Origin: Eledone cirrhosa
Taxonomy: Eukaryota
Length of the DNA stretch: 64,000 nt
NCBI GenBank assembly: GCA_964016885.1
Contig: OZ024747.1
Span: 77,748,001 to 77,812,000 of the forward strand
Direction: 5' to 3'
Every line of letters starts with the position of its first letter. Within the stretch, counting starts at the first letter, position 1. The notes beneath the pieces are model-generated. The model saw only the letters and a list, made by a program, of their open reading frames with translations, was not told where the DNA came from and searched no databases. A program made the translations under genes and the position numbers. Shown in pieces: positions 38,501 to 53,500 of this stretch.

Positions 38501-41500
38501 CACTGGAATAGTAGCGGGTGTGTAGGAATCTGAACTAGAATCACTGGAATAGTACCAAGGTGTGTTCGAATCTGAACTAGTGTCACTGGAATAGTAGCGG
38601 GTGTGTTGGAATCTGAACTAGTGTCACTGGATTAGTACTGGGTGTGTTGGAATCTGAACTAGTGTCACTGGAATAGTAGCGGGTGTGTTGGAATCTGAAC
38701 TAGTGTCACTGTAATAGTAGCGGGTGTGTTGGAATCTGAACTAGTGTCACTGGAATAGTAGCGGGTGTGTTGGAATCTGAACTAGTGTCACTGGAATAGT
38801 AGCGGGTGTGTTGGAATCTGAACTAGTGTCACTGTAATAGTACTGGGTGTGTTGGAATCTGAACTAGTGTCACTGGAATAGTAGCGGGTGTGTTGGAATC
38901 TGAACTAGTGTCACTGGAATAGTAGCGGGTGTGTTGGAATCTGAACTAGTGTCACTGTAATAGTACTGGGTGTGTTGGAATCTGAACTAGTGTCACTGGA
39001 ACAGTAGCGGGTGTGTTGGAATCTGAACTAGTGTCACTGTAATATTACTGGGTGTGTTGGAATCTGAACTAGTGTCACTGGAATAGTAGCGGGTGTGTTG
39101 GAATCTGAACTAGTGTCACTGGAATAGTAGCGGGTGTGTTGGAATCTGAACTAGAATCACTGGAATAGTACCAAGGTGTGTTCGAATCTGAACTAGTGTC
39201 ACTGGAATAGTAGCGGGTGTGTTGGAATCTGAACTAGTGTCACTGGAATAGTACTGGGTGTGTTGGAATCTGAACTAGTGTCACTGGAATAGTAGCGGGT
39301 GTGTTTGAATCTGAACTAGTGTCACTGTAATAGTACTGGGTGTGTTGGAATCTGAACTAGTGTCACTGGAATAGTACTGGGTGTGTTGGAATCTGAACTA
39401 GTGTCACTGTAATAGTACTGGGTGTCTTGGAACCTGAACTAGTGTCACTGGAATAGTAGCGGGTGTGTTGGAATGTGAACTAGAGTCACTGGAATAGTAC
39501 TGGGTGTGTTGGAATCTGAACTAGTGTCACTGGAATACTACCAAGGTGTGTTGGAATCTGAACTAGTGTCACTGGAATAGTACTGGGTGTGTTGGAATCT
39601 GAACTAGTGTCACAGGAATAGTACTAAGGTGTGTTTTAATCTGAACTAGTGTCACTGGAATAGTAGTGGGTGTGTTGGAATCTGAACTAGAGTCACTGGA
39701 ATAGTAGTGGGTGTGTTAGAATCTGAACTAGAGTCACTGGAATAGTACTGGGTGTGTTGGAATCTGAACTAGTGTCAGTGGAATAGTACTGGGTGTGTTG
39801 GAATCTGAACTAGAGTCACTGGAATAGTACTGGGTGTGTTGGAATCTGAACTAGAGTCACTGGAATAGTACTGGGTGTGTTGGAATCTGAACTAGTGTCA
39901 GTGGAATAGTACTGGGTGTGTTGGAATCTGAACTAGTGTCACTGGAATAGTACTGGGTGTGTTGGAATCTGAACTAGTGTCACTGGAATAGTACTGGGTG
40001 TGTTGGAATCTGAACTAGTGTCACTGGAATAGTACCAAGGTGTGTTTGAATCTGAACTAGTGTCACTGGAATAGTACTGGGTGTGTTGGAATCTGAACTA
40101 GAGTCACTGGAATAGTACTGGGTGTGTTGGAATCTGAACTAGAGTCACTGGAATAGTACTGGGTGTGTTGGAATCTGAACTAGAGTCACTGGAATAGTAC
40201 TGGGTGTGTTGGAATCTGAACTAGAGTCACTGGAATAGTACTGGGTGTGTTGGAATCTGAACTAGTGTCACTGGAATAGTACTGGGTGTGTTGGAATCTG
40301 AACTAGAGTCACTGGAATAGTACTGGGTGTGTTGGAATCTGAACTAGAGTCACTGGAATAGTACTGGGTGTGTTGGAATCTGAACTAGTGTCACTGGAAT
40401 AGTACTGGGTGTGTTGGAATCTGAACTAGAGTCACTGGAATAGTACTGGGTGTGTTGGAATCTGAACTAGAGTCACTGGAATAGTACTGGGTGTGTTGGA
40501 ATCTGAACTAGTGTCACTGGAATAGTACTGGGTGTGTTGGAATCTGAACTAGAGTCACTGGAATAGTACTGGGTGTGTTGGAATCTGAACTAGAGTCACT
40601 GGAATAGTACTGGGTGTGTTGGAATCTGAACTAGTGTCACTGGAATAGTAGCGGGTGTGTTGGAATCTGAACTAGTGTCACTGGAATAGTACTGGGTGTG
40701 TTGGAATCTGAACTAGAGTCACTGGAATAGTAGCGGGTGTGTTGGAATCTGAACTAGTGTCACTGGAATAGTACTGGGTGTGTTGGAATCTGAACTAGAG
40801 TCACTGGAATAGTACTGGGTGTGTTGGAATCTGAACTAGTGTCACTGGAATAGTACTGGGTGTGTTGGAATCTGAACTAGAGTCACTGGAATAGTAGCGG
40901 GTGTGTTGGAATCTGAACTAGTGTCACTGGAATAGTAGCGGGTGTGTTGGAATCTGAACTAGTGTCACTGGAATAGTACTGGGTGTGTTGGAATCTGAAC
41001 TAGAGTCACTGGAATAGTAGCGGGTGTGTTGGAATCTGAACTAGTGTCACTGGAATAGTACTGGGTGTGTTGGAATCTGAACTAGAGTCACTGGAATAGT
41101 ACCAAGGTGTGTTGGAATCTGAACTAGTGTCACTGGAATAGTAGCGGGTGTGTTGGAATCTGAACTAGTGTCACTGGAATAGTACTGGGTGTGTTGGAAT
41201 CTGAACTAGAGTCAATGGAATAGTACCAAGGTGTGTTGGAATCTGAACTAGTGTCACTGGAATAGTAGCGGGTGTGTTGGAATCTGAACTAGTGTCACTG
41301 GAATAGTACTGGGTGTGTTGGAATCTGAACTAGAGTCACTGGAATAGTACCAAGGTGTGTTGGAATCTGAACTAGTGTCACTGGAATAGTAGCGGGTGTG
41401 TTGGAATCTGAACTAGAATCACTGGAATAGTACCAAGGTGTGTTCGAATCTGAACTAGAGTCACTGGAATAGTAGCGGGTGTGTTGGAATCTGAACTAGT

Positions 41501-44500
41501 GTCACTGGAATAGTAGCGGGTGTGTTGGAATCTGAACTAGTGTCACTGGAATAGTAGCGGGTGTGTTGGAATCTGAACTAGAATCACTGGAATAGTACCA
41601 AGGTGTGTTCGAATCTGAACTAGAGTCACTGGAATAGTACTGGGTGTGTTGGAATCTGAACTAGAGTCACTGGAATAGTACAGGGTGTGTTGGAATCTGA
41701 ACTAGAGTCACTGGAATAGTACTGGGTGTGTTGGAATCTGAACTAGTGTTACTGGAATAGTACCAAGGTGTGTTGGAATCTGAACTAGTGTCACTGGAAT
41801 AGTACTGGGTGTGTTGGAATCTGAACTAGAGTCACTGGAATAGTACTGGGTGTGTTGGAATCTGAACTAGTGTCACTGGAATAGTACTGGGTGTGTTGGA
41901 ATCTGAACTAGTGTCACTGGAATAGTAGCGGGTGTGTTGGAATCTGAACTAGTGTCACTGGAATAGTACTGGGTGTGTTGGAATCTGAACTAGTGTCACT
42001 GGAATAGTAGCGGGTGTGTTGGAATCTGAACTAGTGTCACTGGAATAGTAGCGGGTGTGTTGGAATCTGAACTAGAATCACTGGAATAGTACCAAGGTGT
42101 GTTCGAATCTGAACTAGTGTCACTGGAATAGTAGCGGGTGTGTTGGAATCTGAACTAGTGTCACTGGAATAGTAGCGGGTGTGTTGGAATCTGAACTAGT
42201 GTCACTGGAATAGTAGCGGGTGTGTTGGAATCTGAACTAGTGTCACTGGAATAGTACTGGGTGTGTTGGAATCTGAACTAGTGTAACTGGAATAGTAGCG
42301 GGTGTGTTGGAATCTGAACTAGTGTCACTGTAGTAGTACTGGGTGTGTCGGAATCTGAACTAGTGTCACTGGAATAGTAGCGAGTGTGTTGGAATCTGAA
42401 CTAGTGTCACTGGATTAGTACTGGGTGTGTTGGAATCTGAACTAGTGTCACTGGAATAGTAGCGGGTGTGTTGGAATCTGAACTAGTGTCACTGGAATAG
42501 TACTGGGTGTGTTGGAATCTGAACTAGTGTCACTGGAATAGTAGCGGGTGTGTTGGAATCTGAACTAGAGTCACTGTAATATTACTGGGTGTGTTGGAAT
42601 CTGAACTAGTGTCACTGGAATAGTAGCGGGTGTGTAGGAATCTGAACTAGAATCACTGGAATAGTACCAAGGTGTGTTCGAATCTGAACTAGTGTCACTG
42701 GAATAGTAGCGGGTGTGTTGGAATCTGAACTAGTGTCACTGGATTAGTACTGGGTGTGTTGGAATCTGAACTAGTGTCACTGGAATAGTAGCGGGTGTGT
42801 TGGAATCTGAACTAGTGTCACTGGAATAGTAGCGGGTGTGTTGGAATCTGAACTAGTGTCACTGGAATAGTAGCGGGTGTGTTGGAATCTGAACTAGTGT
42901 CACTGGAATAGTAGCGGGTGTGTTGGAATCTGAACTAGTGTCACTGTAATAGTACTGGGTGTGTTGGAATCTGAACTAGTGTCACTGGAATAGTAGCGGG
43001 TGTGTTGGAATCTGAACTAGTGTCACTGGAATAGTAGCGGGTGTGTTGGAATCTGAACTAGTGTCACTGTAATAGTACTGGGTGTGTTGGAATCTGAACT
43101 AGTGTCACTGTAATAGTACTGGGTGTCTTGGAACCTGAACTAGTGTCACTGGAATAGTAGCGGGTGTGTTGGAATGTGAACTAGAGTCACTGGAATAGTA
43201 CTGGGTGTGTTGGAATCTGAACTAGTGTCACTGGAATACTACCAAGGTGTGTTGGAATCTGAACTAGTGTCACTGGAATAGTACTGGGTGTGTTGGAATC
43301 TGAACTAGTGTCACTGGAATAGTACTAAGGTGTGTTTTAATCTGAACTAGTGTCACTGGAATAGTAGTGGGTGTGTTGGAATCTGAACTAGAGTCACTGG
43401 AATAGTAGTGGGTGTGTTAGAATCTGAACTAGAGTCACTGGAATAGTACTGGGTGTGTTGGAATCTGAACTAGTGTCAGTGGAATAGTACTGGGTGTGTT
43501 GGAATCTGAACTAGAGTCACTGGAATAGTACTGGGTGTGTTGGAATCTGAACTAGAGTCACTGGAATAGTACTGGGTGTGTTGGAATCTGAACTAGTGTC
43601 AGTGGAATAGTACTGGGTGTGTTGGAATCTGAACTAGTGTCACTGGAATAGTACTGGGTGTGTTGGAATCTGAACTAGTGTCACTGGAATAGTACTGGGT
43701 GTGTTGGAATCTGAACTAGTGTCACTGGAATAGTACCAAGGTGTGTTTGAATCTGAACTAGTGTCACTGGAATAGTACTGGGTGTGTTGGAATCTGAACT
43801 AGAGTCACTGGAATAGTACTGGGTGTGTTGGAATCTGAACTAGAGTCACTGGAATAGTACTGGGTGTGTTGGAATCTGAACTAGAGTCACTGGAATAGTA
43901 CTGGGTGTGTTGGAATCTGAACTAGAGTCACTGGAATAGTACTGGGTGTGTTGGAATCTGAACTAGTGTCACTGGAATAGTACTGGGTGTGTTGGAATCT
44001 GAACTAGAGTCACTGGAATAGTACTGGGTGTGTTGGAATCTGAACTAGAGTCACTGGAATAGTACTGGGTGTGTTGGAATCTGAACTAGTGTCACTGGAA
44101 TAGTACTGGGTGTGTTGGAATCTGAACTAGAGTCACTGGAATAGTACTGGGTGTGTTGGAATCTGAACTAGAGTCACTGGAATAGTACTGGGTGTGTTGG
44201 AATCTGAACTAGTGTCACTGGAATAGTACTGGGTGTGTTGGAATCTGAACTAGAGTCACTGGAATAGTACTGGGTGTGTTGGAATCTGAACTAGAGTCAC
44301 TGGAATAGTACTGGGTGTGTTGGAATCTGAACTAGTGTCACTGGAATACTACCAAGGTGTGTTGCAATCTGAACTAGTGTCACTGGAATAGTACTGGGTG
44401 TGTTGGAATCTGAACTAGTGTCACTGGAATAGTACTGGGTGTGTTGGAATCTGAACTAGAGTCACTGGAATACTACCAAGCTGTCTTGGAATCTGAACTA

Positions 44501-47500
44501 GTGTCACTGGAATAGTAGCGGGTGTGTTGGAATCTGAACTAGTGTCACTGGAATAGTACTGGGTGTGTTGGAATCTGAACTAGAGTCACTGGAATACTAC
44601 CAAGGTGTGTTGGAATCTGAACTAGTGTCACTGGAATAGTACTGGGTGTGTTGGAATCTGAACTAGTGTCACTGGAATAGTAGTGGGTGTGTTGGAATCT
44701 GAACTAGAGTCACTGGAATAGTACTGGGTGTGTTGGAATCTGAACTAGTGTCACTGGAATATTACTGGGTGTGTTGGAATCTGAACTAGTGTCACTGGAA
44801 TAGTACTGGGTGTGTTGGAATCTGAACTAGAGTCACTGGAATAGTACTGGGTGTGTTGGAATCTGAACTAGTGTCACTGGAATAGTAGCGGGTGTGTTGG
44901 AATCTGAACTAGAATCACTGGAATAGTACCAAGGTGTGTTCGAATCTGAACTAGAGTCACTGGAATAGTAGCGGGTGTGTTGGAATCTGAACTAGTGTCA
45001 CTGGAATAGTAGCGGGTGTGTTGGAATCTGAACTAGTGTCACTGGAATAGTAGCGGGTGTGTTGGAATCTGAACTAGAATCACTGGAATAGTACCAAGGT
45101 GTGTTCGAATCTGAACTAGAGTCACTGGAATAGTACTGGGTGTGTTGGAATCTGAACTAGAGTCACTGGAATAGTACAGGGTGTGTTGGAATCTGAACTA
45201 GAGTCACTGGAATAGTACTGGGTGTGTTGGAATCTGAACTAGTGTCACTGGAATAGTACCAAGGTGTGTTGGAATCTGAACTAGTGTCACTGGAATAGTA
45301 CTGGGTGTGTTGGAATCTGAACTAGAGTCACTGGAATAGTACTGGGTGTGTTGGAATCTGAACTAGTGTCACTGGAATAGTACTGGGTGTGTTGGAATCT
45401 GAACTAGTGTCACTGGAATAGTAGCGGGTGTGTTGGAATCTGAACTAGTGTCACTGGAATAGTACTGGGTGTGTTGGAATCTGAACTAGTGTCACTGGAA
45501 TAGTAGCGGGTGTGTTGGAATCTGAACTAGTGTCACTGGAATAGTAGCGGGTGTGTTGGAATCTGAACTAGAATCACTGGAATAGTACCAAGGTGTGTTC
45601 GAATCTGAACTAGTGTCACTGGAATAGTAGCGGGTGTGTTGGAATCTGAACTAGTGTCACTGGAATAGTAGCGGGTGTGTTGGAATCTGAACTAGTGTCA
45701 CTGGAATAGTAGCGGGTGTGTTGGAATCTGAACTAGTGTCACTGGAATAGTACTGGGTGTGTTGGAATCTGAACTAGTGTAACTGGAATAGTAGCGGGTG
45801 TGTTGGAATCTGAACTAGTGTCACTGTAATAGTACTGGGTGTGTTGGAATCTGAACTAGTGTCACTGGAATAGTAGCGAGTGTGTTGGAATCTGAACTAG
45901 TGTCACTGGATTAGTACTGGGTGTGTTGGAATCTGAACTAGTGTCACTGGAATAGTAGCGGGTGTGTTGGAATCTGAACTAGTGTCACTGGAATAGTACT
46001 GGGTGTGTTGGAATCTGAACTAGTGTCACTGGAATACTACCAAGGTGTGTTGGAATCTGAACTAGTGTCACTGGAATAGTAGCGGGTGTGTTGGAATCTG
46101 AACTAGTGTCACTGTAATATTACTGGGTGTGTTGGAATCTGAACTAGTGTCACTGGAATAGTAGCGGGTGTGTAGGAATCTGAACTAGAATCACTGGAAT
46201 AGTACCAAGGTGTGTTCGAATCTGAACTAGTGTCACTGGAATAGTAGCGGGTGTGTTGGAATCTGAACTAGTGTCACTGGATTAGTACTGGGTGTGTTGG
46301 AATCTGAACTAGTGTCACTGGAATAGTAGCGGGTGTGTTGGAATCTGAACTAGTGTCACTGGAATAGTAGCGGGTGTGTTGGAATCTGAACTAGTGTCAC
46401 TGGAATAGTAGCGGGTGTGTTGGAATCTGAACTAGTGTCACTGGAATAGTAGCGGGTGTGTTGGAATCTGAACTAGTGTCACTGTAATAGTACTGGGTGT
46501 GTTGGAATCTGAACTAGTGTCACTGGAATAGTAGCGGGTGTGTTGGAATCTGAACTAGTGTCACTGGAATAGTAGCGGGTGTGTTGGAATCTGAACTAGT
46601 GTCACTGTAATAGTACTGGGTGTGTTGGAATCTGAACTAGTGTCACTGGAATAGTAGCGGGTGTGTTGGAATCTGAACTAGTGTCACTGTAATATTACTG
46701 GGTGTGTTGGAATCTGAACTAGTGTCACTGGAATAGTAGCGGGTGTGTTGGAATCTGAACTAGTGTCACTGGAATAGTAGCGGGTGTGTTGGAATCTGAA
46801 CTAGAATCACTGGAATAGTACCAAGGTGTGTTCGAATCTGAACTAGTGTCACTGGAATAGTAGCGGGTGTGTTGGAATCTGAACTAGTGTCACTGGAATA
46901 GTACTGGGTGTGTTGGAATCTGAACTAGTGTCACTGGAATAGTAGCGGGTGTGTTTGAATCTGAACTAGTGTCACTGTAATAGTACTGGGTGTGTTGGAA
47001 TCTGAACTAGTGTCACTGGAATAGTACTGGGTGTGTTGGAATCTGAACTAGTGTCACTGTAATAGTACTGGGTGTCTTGGAACCTGAACTAGTGTCACTG
47101 GAATAGTAGCGGGTGTGTTGGAATGTGAACTAGAGTCACTGGAATAGTACTGGGTGTGTTGGAATCTGAACTAGTGTCACTGGAATACTACCAAGGTGTG
47201 TTGGAATCTGAACTAGTGTCACTGGAATAGTACTGGGTGTGTTGGAATCTGAACTAGTGTCACTGGAATAGTACTAAGGTGTGTTTTAATCTGAACTAGT
47301 GTCACTGGAATAGTAGTGGGTGTGTTGGAATCTGAACTAGAGTCACTGGAATAGTAGTGGGTGTGTTAGAATCTGAACTAGAGTCACTGGAATAGTACTG
47401 GGTGTGTTGGAATCTGAACTAGTGTCAGTGGAATAGTACTGGGTGTGTTGGAATCTGAACTAGAGTCACTGGAATAGTACTGGGTGTGTTGGAATCTGAA

Positions 47501-50500
47501 CTAGAGTCACTGGAATAGTACTGGGTGTGTTGGAATCTGAACTAGTGTCAGTGGAATAGTACTGGGTGTGTTGGAATCTGAACTAGTGTCACTGGAATAG
47601 TACTGGGTGTGTTGGAATCTGAACTAGTGTCACTGGAATAGTACTGGGTGTGTTGGAATCTGAACTAGTGTCACTGGAATAGTACCAAGGTGTGTTTGAA
47701 TCTGAACTAGTGTCACTGGAATAGTACTGGGTGTGTTGGAATCTGAACTAGAGTCACTGGAATAGTACTGGGTGTGTTGGAATCTGAACTAGAGTCACTG
47801 GAATAGTACTGGGTGTGTTGGAATCTGAACTAGAGTCACTGGAATAGTACTGGGTGTGTTGGAATCTGAACTAGAGTCACTGGAATAGTACTGGGTGTGT
47901 TGGAATCTGAACTAGTGTCACTGGAATAGTACTGGGTGTGTTGGAATCTGAACTAGAGTCACTGGAATAGTACTGGGTGTGTTGGAATCTGAACTAGAGT
48001 CACTGGAATAGTACTGGGTGTGTTGGAATCTGAACTAGTGTCACTGGAATAGTACTGGGTGTGTTGGAATCTGAACTAGAGTCACTGGAATAGTACTGGG
48101 TGTGTTGGAATCTGAACTAGAGTCACTGGAATAGTACTGGGTGTGTTGGAATCTGAACTAGTGTCACTGGAATAGTACTGGGTGTGTTGGAATCTGAACT
48201 AGAGTCACTGGAATAGTACTGGGTGTGTTGGAATCTGAACTAGAGTCACTGGAATAGTACTGGGTGTGTTGGAATCTGAACTAGTGTCACTGGAATACTA
48301 CCAAGGTGTGTTGCAATCTGAACTAGTGTCACTGGAATAGTACTGGGTGTGTTGGAATCTGAACTAGTGTCACTGGAATAGTACTGGGTGTGTTGGAATC
48401 TGAACTAGAGTCACTGGAATACTACCAAGCTGTCTTGGAATCTGAACTAGTGTCACTGGAATAGTAGCGGGTGTGTTGGAATCTGAACTAGTGTCACTGG
48501 AATAGTACTGGGTGTGTTGGAATCTGAACTAGAGTCACTGGAATACTACCAAGGTGTGTTGGAATCTGAACTAGTGTCACTGGAATAGTACTGGGTGTGT
48601 TGGAATCTGAACTAGTGTCACTGGAATAGTAGTGGGTGTGTTGGAATCTGAACTAGAGTCACTGGAATAGTACTGGGTGTGTTGGAATCTGAACTAGTGT
48701 CACTGGAATATTACTGGGTGTGTTGGAATCTGAACTAGTGTCACTGGAATAGTACTGGGTGTGTTGGAATCTGAACTAGAGTCACTGGAATAGTACTGGG
48801 TGTGTTGGAATCTGAACTAGTGTCACTGGAATAGTACCAAGGTGTGTTGGAATCTGAACTAGTGTCACTGGAATAGTACCAAGGTGTGTTGGAATCTGAA
48901 CTAGTATCACTGGAATAGTACTGGGTGTGTTGGAATCTGAACTAGTGTCACTGGAATAGTACTGGGTGTGTTGGAATCTGAACTAGTGTCACTGTAATAG
49001 TACTGGGTGTGTTGGAATCTGAACTAGTGTCACTGGAATACTACCAAGGTGTGTTGGAATCTGAACTAGTGTCACTGGAATAGTACTGGGTGTGTTGGAA
49101 TCTGAACTAGAGTCACTGGAATAGTACTGGGTGTGTTGGAATCTGAACTAGTGTCACTGGAATAGTACCAAGGTGTGTTGGAATCTGAACTAGTGTCACT
49201 GGAATAGTACTGGGTGTGTTGGAATCTGAACTAGTATCGCTGGAATAGTACTGGGTGTGTTGGAATCTGAACTAGTGTCACTGGAATAGTACTGGGTGTG
49301 TTGGAATCTGAACTAGTGTCACTGTAATAGTACTGGGTGTGTTGGAATCTGAACTAGTGTCACTGGAATACTACCAAGGTGTGTTGGAATCTGAACTAGT
49401 GTCACTGGAATAGTACTGGGTGTGTTGGAATCTGAACTAGTGTCACTGGAATAGTAGCGGGTGTGTTGGAATGTGAACTAGAGTCACTGGAATAGTACTG
49501 GCTGTCTTGGAATCTGAACTAGTGTCACTGGAATAGTAGCGGGTGTGTTGGAATCTGAACTAGTGTCACTGGAATATTACTGGGTGTGTTGGAATCTGAA
49601 CTAGTGTCACTGGAATAGTACTGGGTGTGTTGGAATCTGAACTAGAGTCACTGGAATAGTACTGGGTGTTTTGGAATCTGAACTAGTGTCACTGGAATAG
49701 TACTGGGTGTGTTGGAATCTGAACTAGAGTCACTGGAATAGTACTGGGTGTGTTGGAATCTGAACTAGTGTCACTGGAATAGTACTGGGTGTGTTGGAAT
49801 CTGAACTAGTGTCACTGGAATAGTACTGGGTGTGTTGGAATCTGAACTAGTGTCACTGGAATACTACCAAGGTGTGTTGGAATCTGAACTAGTGTCACTG
49901 GAATAGTACTGGGTGTGTTGGAATCTGAACTAGTGTCACTGGAATAGTACTGGGTGTGTTGGAATCTGAACTAGAGTCACTGGAATAGTACTGGGTGTGT
50001 TGGAATCTGAACTAGTGTCACTGGAATAGTACTGGGTGTGTTGGATTCTGAACTAGTGTCACTGGAATACTACCAAGGTGTGTTGGAATCTGAACTAGTG
50101 TCACTGGAATAGTACTGGGTGTGTTGGAATCTGAACTAGTGTCACTGGAATAGTACTGGGTGTGTTGGAATCTGAACTAGAGTCACTGGAATAGTACTGG
50201 GTGTGTTGGAATCTGAACTAGTGTCACTGGAATAGTACTGGGTGTGTTGGATTCTGAACTAGTGTCACTGGAATACTACCAAGGTGTGTTGGAATCTGAA
50301 CTAGTGTCACTGGAATAGTACTGGGTGTGTTGGAATCTGAACTAGTGTCACTGGAATAGTACTGGGTGTGTTGGAATCTGAACTCGAGTCACTGGAATAC
50401 TACCAAGGTGTGTTGGAATCTGAACTAGTGTCACTGGAATAGTACTGGGTGTGTTGGAATCTGAACTAGTGTCACTGGAATAGTAGTGGGTGTGTTGGAA

Positions 50501-53500
50501 TCTGAACTAGAGTCACTGGAATAGTACTGGGTGTGTTGGAATCTGAACTAGTGTCACTGGAATAGTACTGGGTGTGTTGGATTCTGAACTAGAGTCACTG
50601 GAATAGTACTGGGTGTGTTGGAATCTGAACTAGTGTCACTGGAATAGTACCAAGGTGTGTTGGAATCTGAACTAGTGTCACTGGAATAGTACCAAGGTGT
50701 GTTGGAATCTGAACTAGTGTCACTGGAATAGTACTGGGTGTGTTGGAATCTGAACTAGTATCACTGGAATAGTACTGGGTGTGTTGGAATCTGAACTAGT
50801 GTCACTGGAATAGTACTGGGTGTGTTGGAATCTGAACTAGTGTCACTGGAATAGTACTGGGTGTGTTGGAATCTGAACTAGTGTCACTGGAATAGTAGTA
50901 GGTGTGTTGGAATCTGAACTAGAGTCACTGGAATAGTACTGGGTGTGTTGGAATCTGAACTAGTGTCACTGGAATAGTACTGGGTGTGTTGGAATCTGAA
51001 CTAGAGTCACTGGAATAGTACTGGGTGTGTTGGAATCTGAACTAGAGTCACTGGAATAGTACTGGCTGTCTTGGAATCTGAACTAGTGTCACTGGAATAT
51101 TAGCGGGTGTGTTAGAATGTGAACTAGAGTCACTGGAATAGTACTGGGTGTGTTGGAATCTGAACTAGTGTCACTGGAATACAACCAAGGTGTGTTGGAA
51201 TCTGAACTAGTGTCACTGGAATAGTACTGGGTGTGTTGGAATCTGAACTAGTGTCACTGGAATAGTACTGGGTGTGTTGGAATCTGAACTAGTGTCACTG
51301 GAATAGTACTGGGTGTGTTGGAATCTGAACTAGAGTCACTGGAATACAACCAAGGTGTGTTGGAATCTGAACTAGTGTCACTGGAATAGTACTGGGTGTG
51401 TTGGAATCTGAACTAGTGTCACTGGAATAGTACTGGGTGTGTTGGAATCTGAACTAGAGTCACTGGAATACTACCAAGGTGTGTTGGAATCTGAACTAGT
51501 GTCACTGGAATACAACCAAGGTGTGTTGGAATCTGAACTAGTGTCACTGGAATAGTACTGGGTGTGTTGGAATCTGAACTCGAGTCACTGGAATACTACC
51601 AAGGTGTGTTGGAATCTGAACTAGTGTCACTGGAATAGTACTGGGTGTGTTGGAATCTGAACTCGAGTCACTGGAATAGTAGTGGGTGTGTTGGAATCTG
51701 AACTAGAGTCACTGGAATAGTACTGGGTGTGTTGGAATCTGAACTAGTGTCACTGGAATAGTACTGGGTGTGTTGGAATCTGAACTAGTGTCACTGGAAT
51801 ATTACTGGTTGTGTTGGAATCTGAACTAGTGTCACTGGAATAGTACTGGGTGTGTTGGAATCTGAACTAGAGTCACTGGAATAGTACTGGGTGTGTTGGA
51901 ATCTGAACTAGTGTCACTGGAATAGTACTGGGTGTGTTGGAATCTGAACTAGAGTCACTGGAATAGTACTGGGTGTATTGGAATCTGAACTAGTGTCACT
52001 GGAATAGTACTGGGTGTGTTGGAATCTGAACTAGTGTCACTGGAATAGTACTGGGTGTGTTGGAATCTGAACTAGTGTCACTGGAATAGTACTGGGTGTG
52101 TTGGAATCTGAACTAGTGTCACTGGAATAGTACCAAGGTGTGTTGGAATCTGAACTAGTGTCACTGGAATATTACTGGTTGTGTTGGAATCTGAACTAGT
52201 GTCACTGGAATAGTACTGGGTGTGTTGGAATCTGAACTAGAGTCACTGGAATAGTACTGGGTGTGTTGGAATCTGAACTAGTGTCACTGGAATAGTACTG
52301 GGTGTGTTGGAATCTGAACTAGAGTCACTGGAATAGTACTGGGTGTATTGGAATCTGAACTAGTGTCACTGGAATAGTACTGGGTGTGTTGGAATCTGAA
52401 CTAGTGTCACTGGAATAGTACTGGGTGTGTTGGAATCTGAACTAGTGTCACTGGAATAGTAGTGGGTGTGTTGGAATCTGAACTAGTGTCACTGGAATAG
52501 TACTGGGTGTGTTGGAATCTGAACTAGTGTCACTGGAATACTACCAAGGTGTGTTGGAATCTGAACTAGTGTCACTGGAATAGTACTGGGTGTGTTGGAA
52601 TCTGAACTAGTGTCACTGGAATAGTAGCGGGTGTGTTGGAATGTGAACTAGAGTCACTGGAATAGTACTGGCTGTCTTGTAATCTGAACTAGTGTCACTG
52701 GAATAGTAGCGGGTGTGTTAGAATGTGAACTAGAGTCACTGGAATAGTACTGGGTGTGTTGGAATCTGAACTAGAGTCACTGGAATAGTACTGGGTGTGT
52801 TGGAATCTGAACTAGAGTCACTGGAATAGTACTGGGTGTGTTGGAATCTGAACTAGTGTCACTGGAATAGTACCAAGGTGTGTTTGAATCTGAACTAGTG
52901 TCACTGGAATAGTACCAAGGTGTGTTGGAATCTAAACTAGAGTCACTGGAATAGTAGTGGGTGTGTTGGAATCTGAACTAGAGTCACTGGAATAGTACTG
53001 GGTGTGTTGGAATCTGAACTAGAGTCACTGGAATAGTACTGGGTGTGTTGGAATCTGAACTAGTGTCAGTGGAATAGTACTGGGTGTGTTGGAATCTGAA
53101 CTAGTGTCACTGGAATAGTACTGGGTGTGTTGGAATCTGAACTAGTGTCACTGGAATAGTACTGGGTGTGTTGGAATCTGAACTAGTGTCACTGGAATAG
53201 TAGCGGGTGTGTTGGAATCTGAACTAGTGTCACTGGAATAGTACTGGGTGTGTTGGAATCTGAACTAGAGTCTCTGGAATAGTACTGGGTGTGTTGGAAT
53301 CTGAACTAGAGTCACTGGAATAGTACTGGGTGTGTTGGAATCTGAACTAGAGTCACTGGAATAGTACTGGGTGTGTTGGAATCTGAACTAGAGTCACTGG
53401 AATAGTACTGGGTGTGTTTGAATCTGAACTAGTGTCACTGGAATAGTACTGGGTGTGTTGGAATCTGAACTAGAGTCACTGGAATAGTACTGGGTGTGTT

